Source: Eledone cirrhosa | Lineage: Eukaryota | NCBI GenBank assembly: GCA_964016885.1 | Contig: OZ024743.1 | Coordinates: forward strand, 296,980,001 to 297,044,000 | Direction of reading: 5' to 3' | Length of the DNA: 64,000 nt | Part shown: piece by piece, positions 50,568 through 64,000 of the stretch | Numbering within the stretch: the stretch's first letter is position 1 | Layout: every line of letters starts with the position of its first letter | Notes under the pieces: generated by a model | Database searches by the model: none | The model's input: the letters and a program-made list of their open reading frames with translations, nothing else | What the model was told of the DNA's origin: nothing | Program-made: the position numbers and the translations under genes

Positions 50568-51514
50568 CTGAAATAAGAAAGAAAACCTCATAAGTATAAC
50601 AATCATTTATATTTTATATGAAGCATTGTGAGATATGTTCGGAGAAAGCCAGTACAATGTAAATTAGAAATAGCAATGGTGAAAACTAGAATAGAGTTTA
50701 GTACGAAAAGCAAGCAACAGTTTATCCTTTTATCATATATTGTATGATATTTCAAGGTTAGCACCTCTTTTTTTTAAAAGAAAGGAAATGGAATGTGATG
50801 TTGAAATGGAATGTGGTGTAGAAATTAGGTCACCTGTCACCAATCCTCCAATCCCCAAAAATTAGAAATCAGAGCTATATTTCTTACAATCCTTCATATA
50901 AACCCTATTGCTTTGTTGAAATTCCTTATCTTTTTTAAGTGATTTCCCAAACATTTTGTTGTGGAAAATTTATACAATTTTCTAAAAATTTCCAATGCAA
51001 ACCCATATTTATATTTGACAGTTAGTTCCCACCACCCTCTTCCACTTTGTGGTTTCTCACAAGTTCAGATTTCTGGGTCACATATTGAAACTTCCCAAAA
51101 CCAAGTCTGTGACATACATCTAATGATAAGGTGTGAGAAAGCCAGGCTGGCAGAAGAGACAATATCTGGGGCATATCAAGGAACTATTAGACCATCGACA
51201 TCAGCTGGTGGGACCAGAGGATATCACTAGCCTACCTAAAAAAAATTCTGATTCTATATTATAAATTCATTCATTTTAAAGTGTTTATATTTAAATATAA
51301 GTCTTCTATTGTACTGTTATGTAAAAACGCATTTGTTAATTTGTGTTCCACACACTAACTTAATGATGGAGAAGTTAGCCTATTTCATTGAACTCTTTGA
51401 CATTAAAAGTCATCATTTAAAAAGTCCATTGGAACACATAGACAGTGTATTCCATTTGAAATATGGTCATGAAAGATTTAAATAAGGATGTATTCTTATA
51501 TATAACATAACGGT

Positions 51515-51726
51515 TTCTGATCTAGGCACAAGGCCAACAATTCTGGGGGAGGAAACAATTGATCAAATCAACCTCCAGTGCATTACTAGTACCTTGTCTT
51601 ATTGACCTCATGAAGATGAAAGCCAAGGCTAACCTCAGCAGGATTCGAAATCAGAATGTAATGGGCTGTAACTCTATGCTGCAGAGCATGGTGTCCGGTG
51701 CTCTACTGATACTGCCAATCCACTGC
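51515..51726 (-). mobile_element. SINE family A variant
   Basis: GGCACAAGGCC...GATACTGCCAATCC with an extra GGGGGAGG segment. Confidence 0.7.
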
Positions 51727-51727
51727 C

Positions 51728-51775
<48 letters not shown>

Positions 51776-52626
51776 CGAAGGAAATGTGGTAAGGAACCAA
51801 GTGGACCATAACGTTCCTATATATATATATATATATATATATATAGGAACATTATGGTCCACTTGGTTCCTTACCACATTTTGTTATATATATATATATA
51901 TATATATATGTAACAGTTACTTTGATTAAATAAGTTAATATACAGACACACATACAAACATACATACATACATATACAAACATATACACACACATACAAA
52001 CATACATACACATACATAAACATACACATATACACTTGCTCACAAACAGTTTTCATATGTCTAAACATACTGATGGCATTTATATGTACAGTATAACAAT
52101 GATCAGACAACTAAATTTATGCCATCAATAAGAGAAAATGTCTAGACATATGAATCACAACAAAGAGAGTGTTCTTTACTCTATGGTATTTGAGAAACTT
52201 TACATAGTTTTAAAAATATCAAAGAAGATATGGGTTGTATTCATGAAGACATATATTTGATATGATGTGAAGCTACAGGAAATATAACAAAGTGACTGAT
52301 TGGTTAAGATGCTACACTAATCCATATGTGATTAGCTCATGTTTCTATGAAATATTCAATTCACTATATCATTAGATAAGCCATCTTACATCCATTATGT
52401 CAATTGATGAAGCGTGAAATTAGATGCCATTCCCATTGCAGAATTAAGTGATTAGTATTAAGGAGTACAACTATCCACGGAACATCCCCACATCATATAT
52501 GTACAAATCTAGAGGGTTATATACTGGATAATTATTTCATCTATGCTGGCTTAGAAAAAAGGATTATCATCATCATCATCATCATTCTTATCATTATCGC
52601 CATCATCATCCTCATCATCATCATGG

Positions 52627-52680
<54 letters not shown>

Positions 52681-53500
52681 CCATCAATGCAGTCTAGTAA
52701 TTGAACCCACGAGATTATGTTAAGTCTAACAACCTTACCACTAGGCCACATGCCTCCACATCATCATCACCATTTAATGTATATTTTCCATGCTTGCATA
52801 GGTTACATGGGCTGCTCTGTTATGAAGTCAACCAGGTTGGGTGACCTCATCTTGCTCATATAGATCTGTTTTTTGTTTTTTGTTTTTTATAGCTGGATGG
52901 CTTTCCTAATGCCAACCACTTTACACCATCTACTGGGAGGTTTCTGTGTGGCATTACCACAACCACGTTACAGGGTGGACTGAGTGCTTTTCATTGTGAC
53001 ACCAAGATGACCACTTTACAGAGTGGATTGGAAGTTTTTTGTCAGTACAAGCACCTTACATGAACTGGGTGCTTTTTTGTCATGGCACCAGTACGACCAC
53101 CTAAAAATGTAAATGGTTATGTTCTGACTATATTTCTTTATATAATGACAATATTTCATTGTTAAGATGTATTTGTATGCTTTTAGCCCACCTTGGCAGT
53201 ATTCTGGTATTAATGATGTTTGACTAAATCCAACCAATCCAATATTTTGATCTGTTTATTACTGTTATTTACACTGATTTCTGCACCAATCAGTGATTAC
53301 TTTACATTGTTATGATTACTGTCAAATTTGTACCATTCTCCATGAACCCAGTATTCTGTTCTTCCACACACTTCTGTTTACCAATATTATTGACACCAAT
53401 AGTTTCTATTTGAGCATTGACACCTGTTATTAAATTGTTGAGTTTGGTTTTGTGTTGAGCAGTATTATCTTTATTAACCTTTTTGTTACCATATATCTAT

Positions 53501-53700
53501 ATGGAGGCACGTGGCTTAGTGGTTAGAGCATTGGCCTTGCAATCGAAAGGTTGTGAGTTCAATTCTCAGACCGGGTGATGTGTTGTTTCCTTGAGCAAGA
53601 CACTTTATTTCACATTGCTCCAGTTTACTCAGCTGTAGAAATGAGATGATAGGGACTGGGGCCCATATTACAGTGGTCGTGCAGGTGCCACGGCAAAAAA
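53501..53700 (+). mobile_element. SINE family B, 5' part
   Basis: Near-identical head to 41177; older copies at about 241-420, 1669-1800, 48700-48850 and 58870-58970. Confidence 0.78.
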
Positions 53701-53719
53701 GCATTTGTTTTTATGTGTT

Positions 53720-54830
53720 GACAGCAGTGATTTACATTTGTAAAGATTGCAAGTTTCTGTATGTGATGCGATGGTTGAACTTATCATCATGATTGGTGAA
53801 TTTAATGGACAAATTAGGCAAGATCTTGTCAGCTACTCCAGTGTATATGGAGTCTTGTGGATACAGTATGAGGAAGGATCAAGGTTTTTGAAGTTTTGTT
53901 ACATATATAAACAAATATTTACCACACTAATTCCAGGAAACTGATCAGCCACCTCATCAACAATAAATAAGGTCAACATGCAAGCCAGATAGATTTCATA
54001 CTCACAAGGAAATAGGATGGCAACTGGTTGAGGATATTTAGTCCTGTTCCAGTAAAAAAAAAAATGTACCACTTAAGATAGACTCAGTATGAAAGTTAGA
54101 TAGATTCAAAGACACAAAACAATCTGGCGATAAGAAGTATGGAAACTAAAATATCTCTTGACTAGATGTAGACTTAAAGAAATACTAGTTGACATATATG
54201 AAGTAGAGGGGGGGGGGGATATAGAAACTTTTAACAAATTACAATTGGGTTTTTCTCAAAAAACAACCTGTTGCAAGCTACAGAACATTTTGGGGGATAG
54301 AGTAAAGTTCCAGCCAGATGGAAAGTGACAATGTGGAACGATACCTTAGATGGAACTACAGAGGCTAAAAGACAAGCCTGGAAAGAATACAATAAAGGGT
54401 GTTTGAGCAGAAAATATCATCAGCCAGCTAGAAGAAAAGCTCTTATGTCAGGTATATGGAGTGAAGTTGAAAGTAAGAATTTGCCAATGTTCTGCAATGA
54501 GGAAATCACATTCCATATTCCTAAGAGGTGTGTCAGTGCAAATCAATACATCATTGGAGAAAAGTGTGTACAAAATGATAGCAGTACACTTGTCTTCACT
54601 GATGCTGAAACAAAAAGTGACTTGGAAATGTTGCTATCAGAGGTTGCTCAATGAGGAGAATTCATGAGAGGGAGAGAGTCTATAACAAATATACCAGTAA
54701 GAGAAACCAGCTCTTGAAGTTGACATGTCAGTGGCTGAAAGCATGATTGGAGATGTGAAGGCATGAAAGGCAATTGCCTCGTCAGAGATAGTTGCTGAAA
54801 TGCTGAAAATATCCAGTGAACTAGATAAGG
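53720..54830 (+). mobile_element. Heavily decayed RTE LINE, endonuclease to pre-RT region
   Basis: IGEFNGQI...YGV...EEGSRFLKFC and SQIDFILTRK-like remnants; many stops. Confidence 0.55.
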
Positions 54831-56546
54831 TTTATGATAATTAATTTATTGAAACAAGCTACAAGATTATTTAATTTTCTTGAATATAAATACAATGAAT
54901 TAGTTACTATTTTGTTCTTGACATAAAGGCATAAAACTAATATAATAAAAATGAAAAAATTACTTTCTGTTAAACATTTTATGCTTCATAGAAACATAAA
55001 ACTACAAACATCAACACGAACTAATAAAATAGAAATGAAAAAAATAATTTCTGTTTATCATTTTATGCTTCATAGAAATGTAGATCTTTAAACATCAACA
55101 CAGACATGTTTGGTTGCACACCTCTGAGGTCTTCTCTCTGTTAGCTTTCACTACCAGTAACATTTAAACATAAGTCTTTGGCTTATAACATTGTTAAATA
55201 ATCCAGACAAGTGAATGTGTTCTGCCTTTATCTGCTGTTATTGTCAATTAGTCAAGAGAAGCCACTTGAGGCCGTTCTGATATTGGATTGGGTATTGACA
55301 TAATCAAAGAAGATTTCCAAAGATACTGACATACACATTGCAAATAAACACTCTTATACAAATACTTCAGATTTTTCTCTCTCTCTAAATTCGTTTCTAT
55401 TTTGTATTTTTCTTCTATTTTTACTTCTCCCACTGAACTTTATTTAATTTCTTTTCCTTTCACTCAGCTCTCTTTCTCATCTCTTCCTTTCACCCAACTC
55501 AATCTCTATTCTCTTCCATCCATTCATATTCATTTCTCTTCTCTCCTCTTTCCACCACTCGGCCTCACTCCTCTTCCTTCAACCCAGTCCCATTACTCTT
55601 CTCTCCTCCTCTCCCATACTCTATTTCCTTTTCTTTCACTCAAACCTACTATTTTTCTTTCCTCTTTCCTCCATTCAGCCATCTTTTTCACTTTTCTTCC
55701 TTTTACTCAACCCTTTTATTCTCTCCCCTCCACTCATTCAACGTCCCTTCTACTCGACCCTATTCTTCTCTTCCTCCAATCATTCAATGTACCTTCTCCT
55801 CAACCCCTTTACTCTTCTCTCTTTCTCCACTCAGCTCTCCCACCTCCGTCTACTCCTCAGTTTTATTTCTCTCACACTTCTTTCCATTAAGATCTATTTC
55901 TCATCTTTTTCTTCCACTCAACTCCATTTTTCTTCTCTCCTCTTCCTTCCAATCAGCTTCAGCATAATTTTCTCCTTCCCTTCCAAATATATGAATTCAT
56001 AATCTGGGGCTAAATCTCTGATCCCTCTTCCTAGCAGAAGGTGATTTCAGGGTTCTAGGGTTCAATTTGGGGATTTCAGAGTGGAAATTGTTTTTTGGTT
56101 GAAAGACAATTAGATTTTTTTTATCATTATTCACCCATTTTTTATGATATGTATTTTCCTTAATGATGCCAAAAAGGAAAAGACAGGAACCAATCATAAC
56201 ATTGAACTTAGGAAATTATGCTTCCATTGACGTTTCCATTGCTGATACTATCTGCTGGCTGCAATTCCTGGCAAGAGGAGGTGAGATTTGAACTCAAAAT
56301 ACACAGAGCTGGATCAGATACTACAAAGAATCCTGTCTGACACTTTAATAATTCTGTCAATGCAATACTCTTGGATGGGTTCTTTATTGTTTACAAAAAG
56401 ATGAAAGGCAAAGTTAACCTTGATAGGATTTGAACTCATCGTGCAGAGAGTTGGACAAATACTGTGAGGCATTTACTTGAATGCTCTAATGAGTTCTAAT
56501 TCACTGCTTTAAGGATACTAATATTACTTTACTATACGGATTTTAA

Positions 56547-57135
56547 TATTATGCGAGGAGGATGCTCTGAGAACATAATAGCTAGAATAAGGATAGGATG
56601 GAAGAAGTTTAGAGAGCTACTCCCACTGTTGACAACAAACTGTTTCTCCTTATGTACAAAAGGATGGCTGCATTATGCCTGTGTGTGAAGTGTGATGCTA
56701 CAGGGTAGTGAAACATGCACTGTGACTGCAGAGGACATGCATAGACTGGAGAGAAATGAAGTAACCATGCTTTCTTGGATGTGCAATGTAAATGTGAGAG
56801 AAAGGCAGATCTTGGGTGAACTGAAGAAGGAACTGAGTTTAAGAGAAATCCAAAGAAGTGTGCAAGAGAGAAGACTGCATTGGTATGGGCATGTGATGTA
56901 CATGGATAATAATCGTTAAGTGAAGAAGTGCCAGGAAATCCCAGTGGAAGGAAGCTGCAATAGAGGTAAATCAACGAAGACCTGGGCAGTGGCATTGAAA
57001 GCCAACCTTAAATCACTGTGACTCTCAGAGGAGATGATGAAGAAACATGAAGAGTAGAGAGATGCTATGGCAAAAAAGACTTGTTCATCCCACGCAAGTG
57101 TGGAAAAATGGATGTAAAAACAATGATGAGGATGA
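56547..57135 (+). mobile_element. RTE LINE 3' fragment, same family
   Basis: MLQGSETCTVTAEDMHRLERNEVTMLSWMC...RRLHWYGHV; strongly similar to 38180-38700. Confidence 0.82.
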
Positions 57136-60100
57136 CAAGACTGCTAATGTTAGATTAATGTGATGTTATGTAATGTATTATATTGTATCTGGCCTCTTAA
57201 TATGTGTCATAAAGCCATGGAACTGCACCAGAAATGTTGTTACAGATGAATTCAGAATGCAAAGAGTTTAAAGAGCTACTGCAAGACATCTCATCCAATG
57301 TTGTAACAAATCATCCAGTTCACTGCACTGAACTGATACTTTATTTATCAATCCTGAAATGATGAACAACAAAGTTGACCTTAGTGGGATTTGAACTCAG
57401 AGTGTAGAGAACCGTTACAAATACCTTAAGGCATTTATTCCCAAGTTCTAGTGATTTTATTAATTCACTGCTGTTTTGTTGTAGACAGGACTACTTTTTT
57501 TATTATCATATGTAGTAGTGGTGGTTGGGAAATCAATGATGGTAAACTAATAAAGGGATGAACACAGAATGACCTCATTCCTTTTAATACCAACCCAGCC
57601 AAAACTGGCTCTAATTCTATGAAACAAAATGGTCCAGTTTAAAGAGTTTCGATTTAAATTATATTTTTCCAACATAAATTTTTATAAAAAACATGTGTTA
57701 AGTTACTATCTTAGTAATGAAATTATTTATAATTTTAGTAAATCCTTCAAAATTTTTCATTAATTAATTGAAATAGAATTTCATTAGAAATATGATCTAA
57801 AATAATGTAAAGAAATATTTCAGTGGAACTGTATCATTCATAAGGTTGCAAATAATGTGACAAAAGTTTTGAAAATAAATATAAAGTAAACAATGTTTGT
57901 GTGTTTTTGAATGGCTAAATGCTTCAGTTTCAACATATGGTCTCAGATAAAGACATTTGCCAGCCGTGGGGTATTGCTGCACCTCCCAAAATAAATTGTT
58001 ATGGAAAATTTAGTTATTTTTGTCAGAAAATTATAAATGTCTGCACCCTCAAAATGATAGAAGCAATATGCTTATGCTCAAAATTTCAAGAGCTTTGGCT
58101 AGGGTAGCAAAACTTTGAGGGAAATGTTACATAAAGAAGATAACAACTATGTGATATCTTCACTTCACTAAACACTGTATCTTACTGAGAATATATATCA
58201 AGAAACACTGATTTAATCCTTTAAATCAAGAAAACCATTATTGACCTCAGGAAATTAAATTTCATGAAGGAGATGATGCAGGACCAAGCTGACTAGCAAT
58301 ATGCCATAATATATAAGACACAACCACCTGTATAAGCACTACAACACAAAAATGAAATCTAGTGAGTCACTGGAGGTTAAAGTGTTGATGATTGAACAGA
58401 GACAATATACAGTTTGAGAGAACCATTCAATCTGGACGAACAAGTAACAACCTCTCTAGTACTTTTGTCACAACAAAATACACTCAGTACACCATGTACA
58501 AATGTAATGTTAGTACCAGTACATTTTGTAAAGTGATAGTGGCTGTTTGATAAAAAATGCTCCAAGTATATTTTGTAAAGTGGTTGGCATTAGGAAGTGC
58601 ATTAAACCATATGAGTCATGCCAAATATGGAACATGTGAGCAAGATGAGTTACTCATACTAGAGTGGTCTCAGATGGTGACAACCATCCAACCTATGCCA
58701 ATATGGAAAGCAGATGTATAATGATGAAGATAATGATGATATTTTCTATCTCCTTTTCTTTATTTATTGACATGTAAAATTTTCAATATTTATTCACATT
58801 AAACAGTTGGTTCAATATAATTTTTTTTGAGAATTTTTCAAAGTAAATAAATATTTACAGCATATATTACAAATATGGTTGTATGGTTAAGAAGTTTGCT
58901 TTGCAACCACATGGTTTTGGGTTCTAATCCCACTGTGGTTCACTTTAGGTAAGTGTCTTCTACTATAACCTCAATAAATAAGACAGTGTAGCTTTCATAT
59001 ATATTTCCACTTGCTCTTTTACTCAATTAGACTCAGTAAATGAAAATGAAAATTTAATGCTCAGCTAATTTCAGTCTCTCACAAGTTTCTCCATTCCCAA
59101 AATTCTCTCACCATTATGCATTTATTTGTCTTCTTGGCAATTTCAATAACTTTTAGTTTAAATGTTGCTGTATATTTGCAGGTGTTTTCACAAAACGATG
59201 GAAAAAGTTTGACACTACTAGTTTATTCTACAAAAGCTATATTTGAACTGACTTCAGTGGAATTGCAAAGAAAGGATCTGACCTGACTTTGATATGACAC
59301 ATTTTTAAATTAAAAACATTTCTATGTTGAATTCTTTCATTTCACTTTTTATCTCTTGTCTAATTTTTTAATGCTTAAACTAACATTTAAATTAATGTTG
59401 TTTTTTTTTCCGATAAAATATTATCAGATATTTCAGTGTCATACAGGGTCATTGATCACTGTAGCTGAGAGTAATCATTGACAGAAGTGTGTTCAATAGA
59501 ATCCTGCATCAAGGCAGGAAGGAATCAAAATTCTGTTATGTTGTGAAACAAGAGCAAAGCACTTATGGAAACAAAAATAGATCAATCGTATTTTATTACA
59601 AGTAATTTTGACAGTATGAAACTGATAGTAATAATATATCATTCGTATATTTCAGTCTAGCTGTGTTGCTATCCATAGCTATGTTTATATCTGCAAACGA
59701 CAGGCAGACTTGTGTTACCAGGATTTAAGTTCCTAAAATATACTGTAATTATAGTAACTACTCATTCAGAGATAGGGTAATTATAGTGAACTACTGGTAA
59801 ATATACATCAGTCTAGTTTTCTATAAAACGTGATGATGTTATATACTGATGTAGTAATACTATAATCTTAATGAAGTTTGGCCTAGCTGCATTGATACCA
59901 ATAACTGTTTTCGTGGCTGGCAAGCAGATGAAGATGAAATGAAATATTTTATAAAAATAAATATCATCACACTTTTTAAGAGCAATGATTTATCTAGATA
60001 TTATTGATCAATATCAAAACATAAATGAATGAAACTTCATAGGCTTGTGTTTCAGGTGTTCATGAAATTAACGTATAAATGACTGAGCATTCCACAAACA

Positions 60101-61009
60101 CATGTACCCATAACCGAATTTCCAAGGAAATTCGGCATGGCACAGTGAATAGCAAGGCAGGCTCTTTGAATTACAAGTATAATCTATCCAAACAGTTTCC
60201 ATCTACAAAATTTCACTCACAGGGACCCCATTTGGTCATAATAGTGAGAGTTGGGGAGAGCGGGAGAGACAGAGGCAGTGGGAGCTTGGTTTCTTTGTAT
60301 TTGAACTTCGTGTATATGTATATATTTATTTACCACATCACATACACATTAATAGTTAATCTCACCAATTGTTTTGGGGACACCATTATCTCTTTCTTAC
60401 ACATCCACAAGATGATTTATTTTTTAAGAGTCCAATTTACAAAACTGACAAAAAGAATGATAAAAGAAAGGTATGAGTCAACGCCTGACTATGCTAAATT
60501 ATACTTTCCCAAGATGTCACCTAATAATTACACATTTGGCCAAAACCAAAAATTCCAGTATTTATAATAGGGATGTGGGCTTATTTATGATTTTTCAGTG
60601 AAGTAGTTAATAAGATGTTTGTGTTGATGCATACACCATAACATTGAATAATATAGAAAAAAAATTTCCTCATCATAGCATTTGTGTTCAAGATAATATC
60701 CTGATTCACATGAGATGCATGGGAAAATCCAAAGTTTTTTGGCCAATAATAGGAGGCTAAAAATATGATGTGAAAATTTAGATTCTAACATATATACTGA
60801 GGCTACGTATATATGAGTATACACACACACAGACACACATACACACATACACAGACACACACACACATACATATATATATACCTCTCCCTTTTTCTCTCT
60901 CTCTTCGTGTGAGCTCAACCATCGGGCCCTAACTTTTAACTATACATACACACTATTGAGTACTTACTCAAATATGGTCTTACTAGTCTAACTGGTAACT
61001 CCCAATCTC

Positions 61010-61054
<45 letters not shown>

Positions 61055-62094
61055 CTCTCTCTCTCTTTCTCTCTCTCTCTATATATATATATACATATTG
61101 TATATAGTTGGATAAGTTGTACCTATTTCCACAAAATTATGAGGCAAAATTCTAGCATGCTACTTATCAATTACAAAACTTTAATTAAAAATATATGATG
61201 CATTGTAAATGTTGTATATAAAATGAAGATGTGACTTATCTACAGGGGGTGGCTTATACATGTATATATGTGGCGATTCAATGACTTGTAGATTGTGAAA
61301 TTTGAACCCCAAACTATATCAATTTATTCCTGGCATGGTAAATGTTCTACACAATAATAACACATGGAATAGAAAGATGAAATTACTAATTCCCTTTACC
61401 ATAATTTACTGGTAATGTAATCACAAAATCAATTGGAGATTACCTCGTAATATTTACGTTAATTAGGCAAAGTATTGATACATTTGAGAGAGTCACAATA
61501 TTCTTTCAATTTCACATGATTATAATTCTACCGAGTAGCTTAATTAAGCTAAACAATTTATCTAAATCTATTGTGGAAATGGTCATCAGAATTAGCACTG
61601 AGACAGACATTTTGTCTTTAATATATTCCACTCAAAGAAATTAATTCTATAAATTTAATTTGCTCAACTAGTAAACAAAAAGAAATTTTTGTTGTCTTTT
61701 TTTTGAGAAATAGAATTACTGTTTTCTTTTAGTGGAAAAAACAAAACAAAAGCAACAAACAAAAAATAAAAATAAGAACAAAATGCAAAAGTATAACAAC
61801 AGTAAAAGACAAAAACAAAATCACCTCAATTTATATTATCCCTCGTTTAGTAAATTGTAGTAGTGTGATTAGCTTAATTACCATGGTTATTATTCTGCGT
61901 TGCTCTGAATTGATAATTGTGTGGAGGGGTAGAATATTGGTCTCCATGAATAAATTAATTTGATAGGAGACAATAATTTTTATTAAATGGAAAAAACAAA
62001 CAAAACAAAAGCCAGTAGCTACAATAACTGAAAGGGTAAGAAGTTTGTCACATAACTAGGGAGTTCAAACCTTAGGGTCTGAATTCAGAAATAT

Positions 62095-62306
62095 AATGAT
62101 TTCTAGTATAGGCATAAGGCCAGTAATTTGGGGGAGGGGAAAATCGATTAAATCGATCCCAATATGCTACTGGTGCTTTATTTTATCGACCCCGATAGGA
62201 TGAAAGGCAAAGTTAACCTTGGCAGGATTGAACTCAGACAGTAAAGGACCGTAACTCTATGCTGCAAAGCATGGTGTCTGACTTTCTACCGATACTTCTA
62301 ATCCAT
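62095..62306 (-). mobile_element. SINE family A variant
   Basis: TTTTATCGACCCCGATAGGATGAAAGGCAAAGTTAACC...CTCTATGCTGCAAAGCATGG. Confidence 0.75.
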
Positions 62307-62329
62307 CGTCTTTGAATTCAGAAATATAA

Positions 62330-62850
62330 TGTTTTACATCCATTTACCCTCAAGCTAGCAGGGGACATGATGTACAACAACTTATTCTTCACCTCCAACC
62401 TTGTTGCTTCAGCCACAAACCCAGGCTCTGCTGCCCACAATCCAGAGGAGAGGAAGATAGTGACATACTGGGGCCTGACTGACCACTTCCTCTTTGCACT
62501 GGTCTTCATTTATACCTCTAGTGTCCTGGGTCCCTACACTGCTGACCCCCCGGAAAGTTGGACAGATGGTGGCTCGCTTGAGGAAGGAGTCCCATGAGGT
62601 GGGATGGCTGTTGTGGATGACTTTGGACATTCTCTGTAGTAACGCCTTTGCCATTTTGTCCACAAGCATGGCTGAGGCACCTCTCAGACATAGGTCTGTC
62701 CCTCCTCCTCTCGCTTTCTTTCGTTGCTTGATCCTTTACTTTGATCCTTTTCTTTTTCTTCTTTACATTTCCTTTTTTTCTTCCATTTTTGTTCCCTTTA
62801 ACCTCTTCAGTGCCGTAGACAAGATAACTCATCTTAACATGTTTGAATTC
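62330..62850. mobile_element. Probable decayed retroelement fragment
   Basis: GC-richer block with overlapping short ORFs and no splice context; family not recognised. Confidence 0.3.
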
Positions 62851-63841
62851 CTTTCCAATAGTTTATAACTTCAAAGCTAGATGGGGTTTCTAGTTTATTG
62901 ATGTGATGTTTGTCAATCATTCACATATGTATTGTTAATAAATGTTTTACTGAAGAAAATCTCGGCACAGCAACTGTAGCTGTGTAAAATATACGCGACA
63001 GTCAACGGGTTAATAATGTGTTTTCTTTTTATTAGATACTGCTTGACTATTTTTATATAAATTTTCTTTGATTAAATGGTCAATTTTTTTACAAAAAAAA
63101 AAAAAAAAAAGGAAAAGACAAATTAGATTGGATGAGACATTTTGAGGTAGTATTTCTACAGCTGGATGCTCTTCCTGACACCAACCCATACTTTATTTAC
63201 AATTATGGTATATACCATTCATCTTTGCTGAATTGGAGTATGAGCTGTTTATGCAGAACGTAAACAAATGTCACTGGTTACTTTAAGCATCGTCAATATG
63301 AAGATGCATGTGATAAACTGATGCATATGCAAACACATGCACACACACTCAAACATACACATACACATATATATGTGTGTGCGTGTGTTTGTATATGCAT
63401 CAGTTTGTTTGGAAAATGGTGTAATAAAAAACCTTGTATGACACAACTTCTCCCTTGATTTGAGTGCTCTACCAACTTAAGATATTTATTATGAAATTCA
63501 ACTACCCTCTCTCTATATATAGGTATATATCATCATCATCATCATCATCACCATTTTACGTCCATTTTTCCACGTTAGTATGGGTTAGATGAGTTGTCCT
63601 ATTGTGGGCTCTGCTAGGTCAGATGTCCATGTCTTGCTCATACAGGACTGATTTTGGCTTGGTTTCTACAGTTGGATGTCCTTCCTAACGCCAATTTCAT
63701 TTACAGTGAGTACTGGGTGTTTTTTGTCATGATGCCTACACGACCATCTTATAGTGTGGGCTGGGAGCTTTTTGTCGTAACATCTACATGACCACTTTAG
63801 AGTGTGGGCTGGGTGTTTTTAGTCATGACACCTACACAACC

Positions 63842-63901
<60 letters not shown>

Positions 63902-63910
63902 AACAAGTAA

Positions 63911-64000
63911 GACCCCGACGGCTGAGCTCAAGCCGTTTCGACGGCTAATTCTGTACTGAATGAAAAATTAATTCTGGTATTTAAATAGCCGAACTTATCA
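63911..64000 (-). ncRNA. Candidate hammerhead ribozyme cut by the window edge
   Basis: Minus strand TGATAA-G..CGGCTA...TAGCCG.C-GAAA-CGGCT(TGAGCTC)AGCCG-TC|GGGGTC; GUC triplet and 6-bp stem III; next to (TA)n. Confidence 0.5.

Noticed and set aside
55402-56002. 162-aa and 71-aa Ser/Leu/Phe/Pro-rich ORFs
   Set aside because: Pyrimidine-rich low-complexity DNA that lacks stops by composition
60079-60567. 162-aa ORF
   Set aside because: The first part overlaps a SINE-like repeat also seen at 1300-1500 and 39870-39920; no recognisable domain or splice context

Overview
This is AT-rich, microsatellite-dense eukaryotic DNA. The SINE, RTE and Penelope content suggests an octopus or other coleoid cephalopod (inference). 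It holds one protein-coding gene on the minus strand, a high-affinity choline transporter (SLC5A7/CHT1 orthologue). Its 8 coding exons (50522 to 17764) splice with GT-AG sites into an intact 1713-nt, 570-aa frame, and at least one upstream non-coding exon was not located. The introns are packed with tRNA-derived SINEs, RTE, R4 and CR1-type LINE fragments, piggyBac-, mariner- and hAT-type MITEs, and a near full-length Neptune-like Penelope element. That element has an 852-bp inverted duplication and a minimal hammerhead ribozyme motif in each arm. The most striking unexplained signal lies downstream of the gene. Twelve perfect TATTGCTT motifs fall in 7251-10004, many followed 3-4 nt later by GAATA. 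On the gene's strand these read as miR-137 seed sites with 3'-supplementary pairing, in a TE-poor stretch followed by a 57-copy AATAAA array. This suggests a very long CHT1 3'UTR or a separate miR-137 sponge RNA. Other signals are same-family MITEs 120-175 bp behind three splice donors, repeated fold-back palindromes inside (TA)n tracts, and several more hammerhead-like motifs. Most ORFs in the supplied track are microsatellite or repeat artefacts. All coordinates and counts were read by eye.
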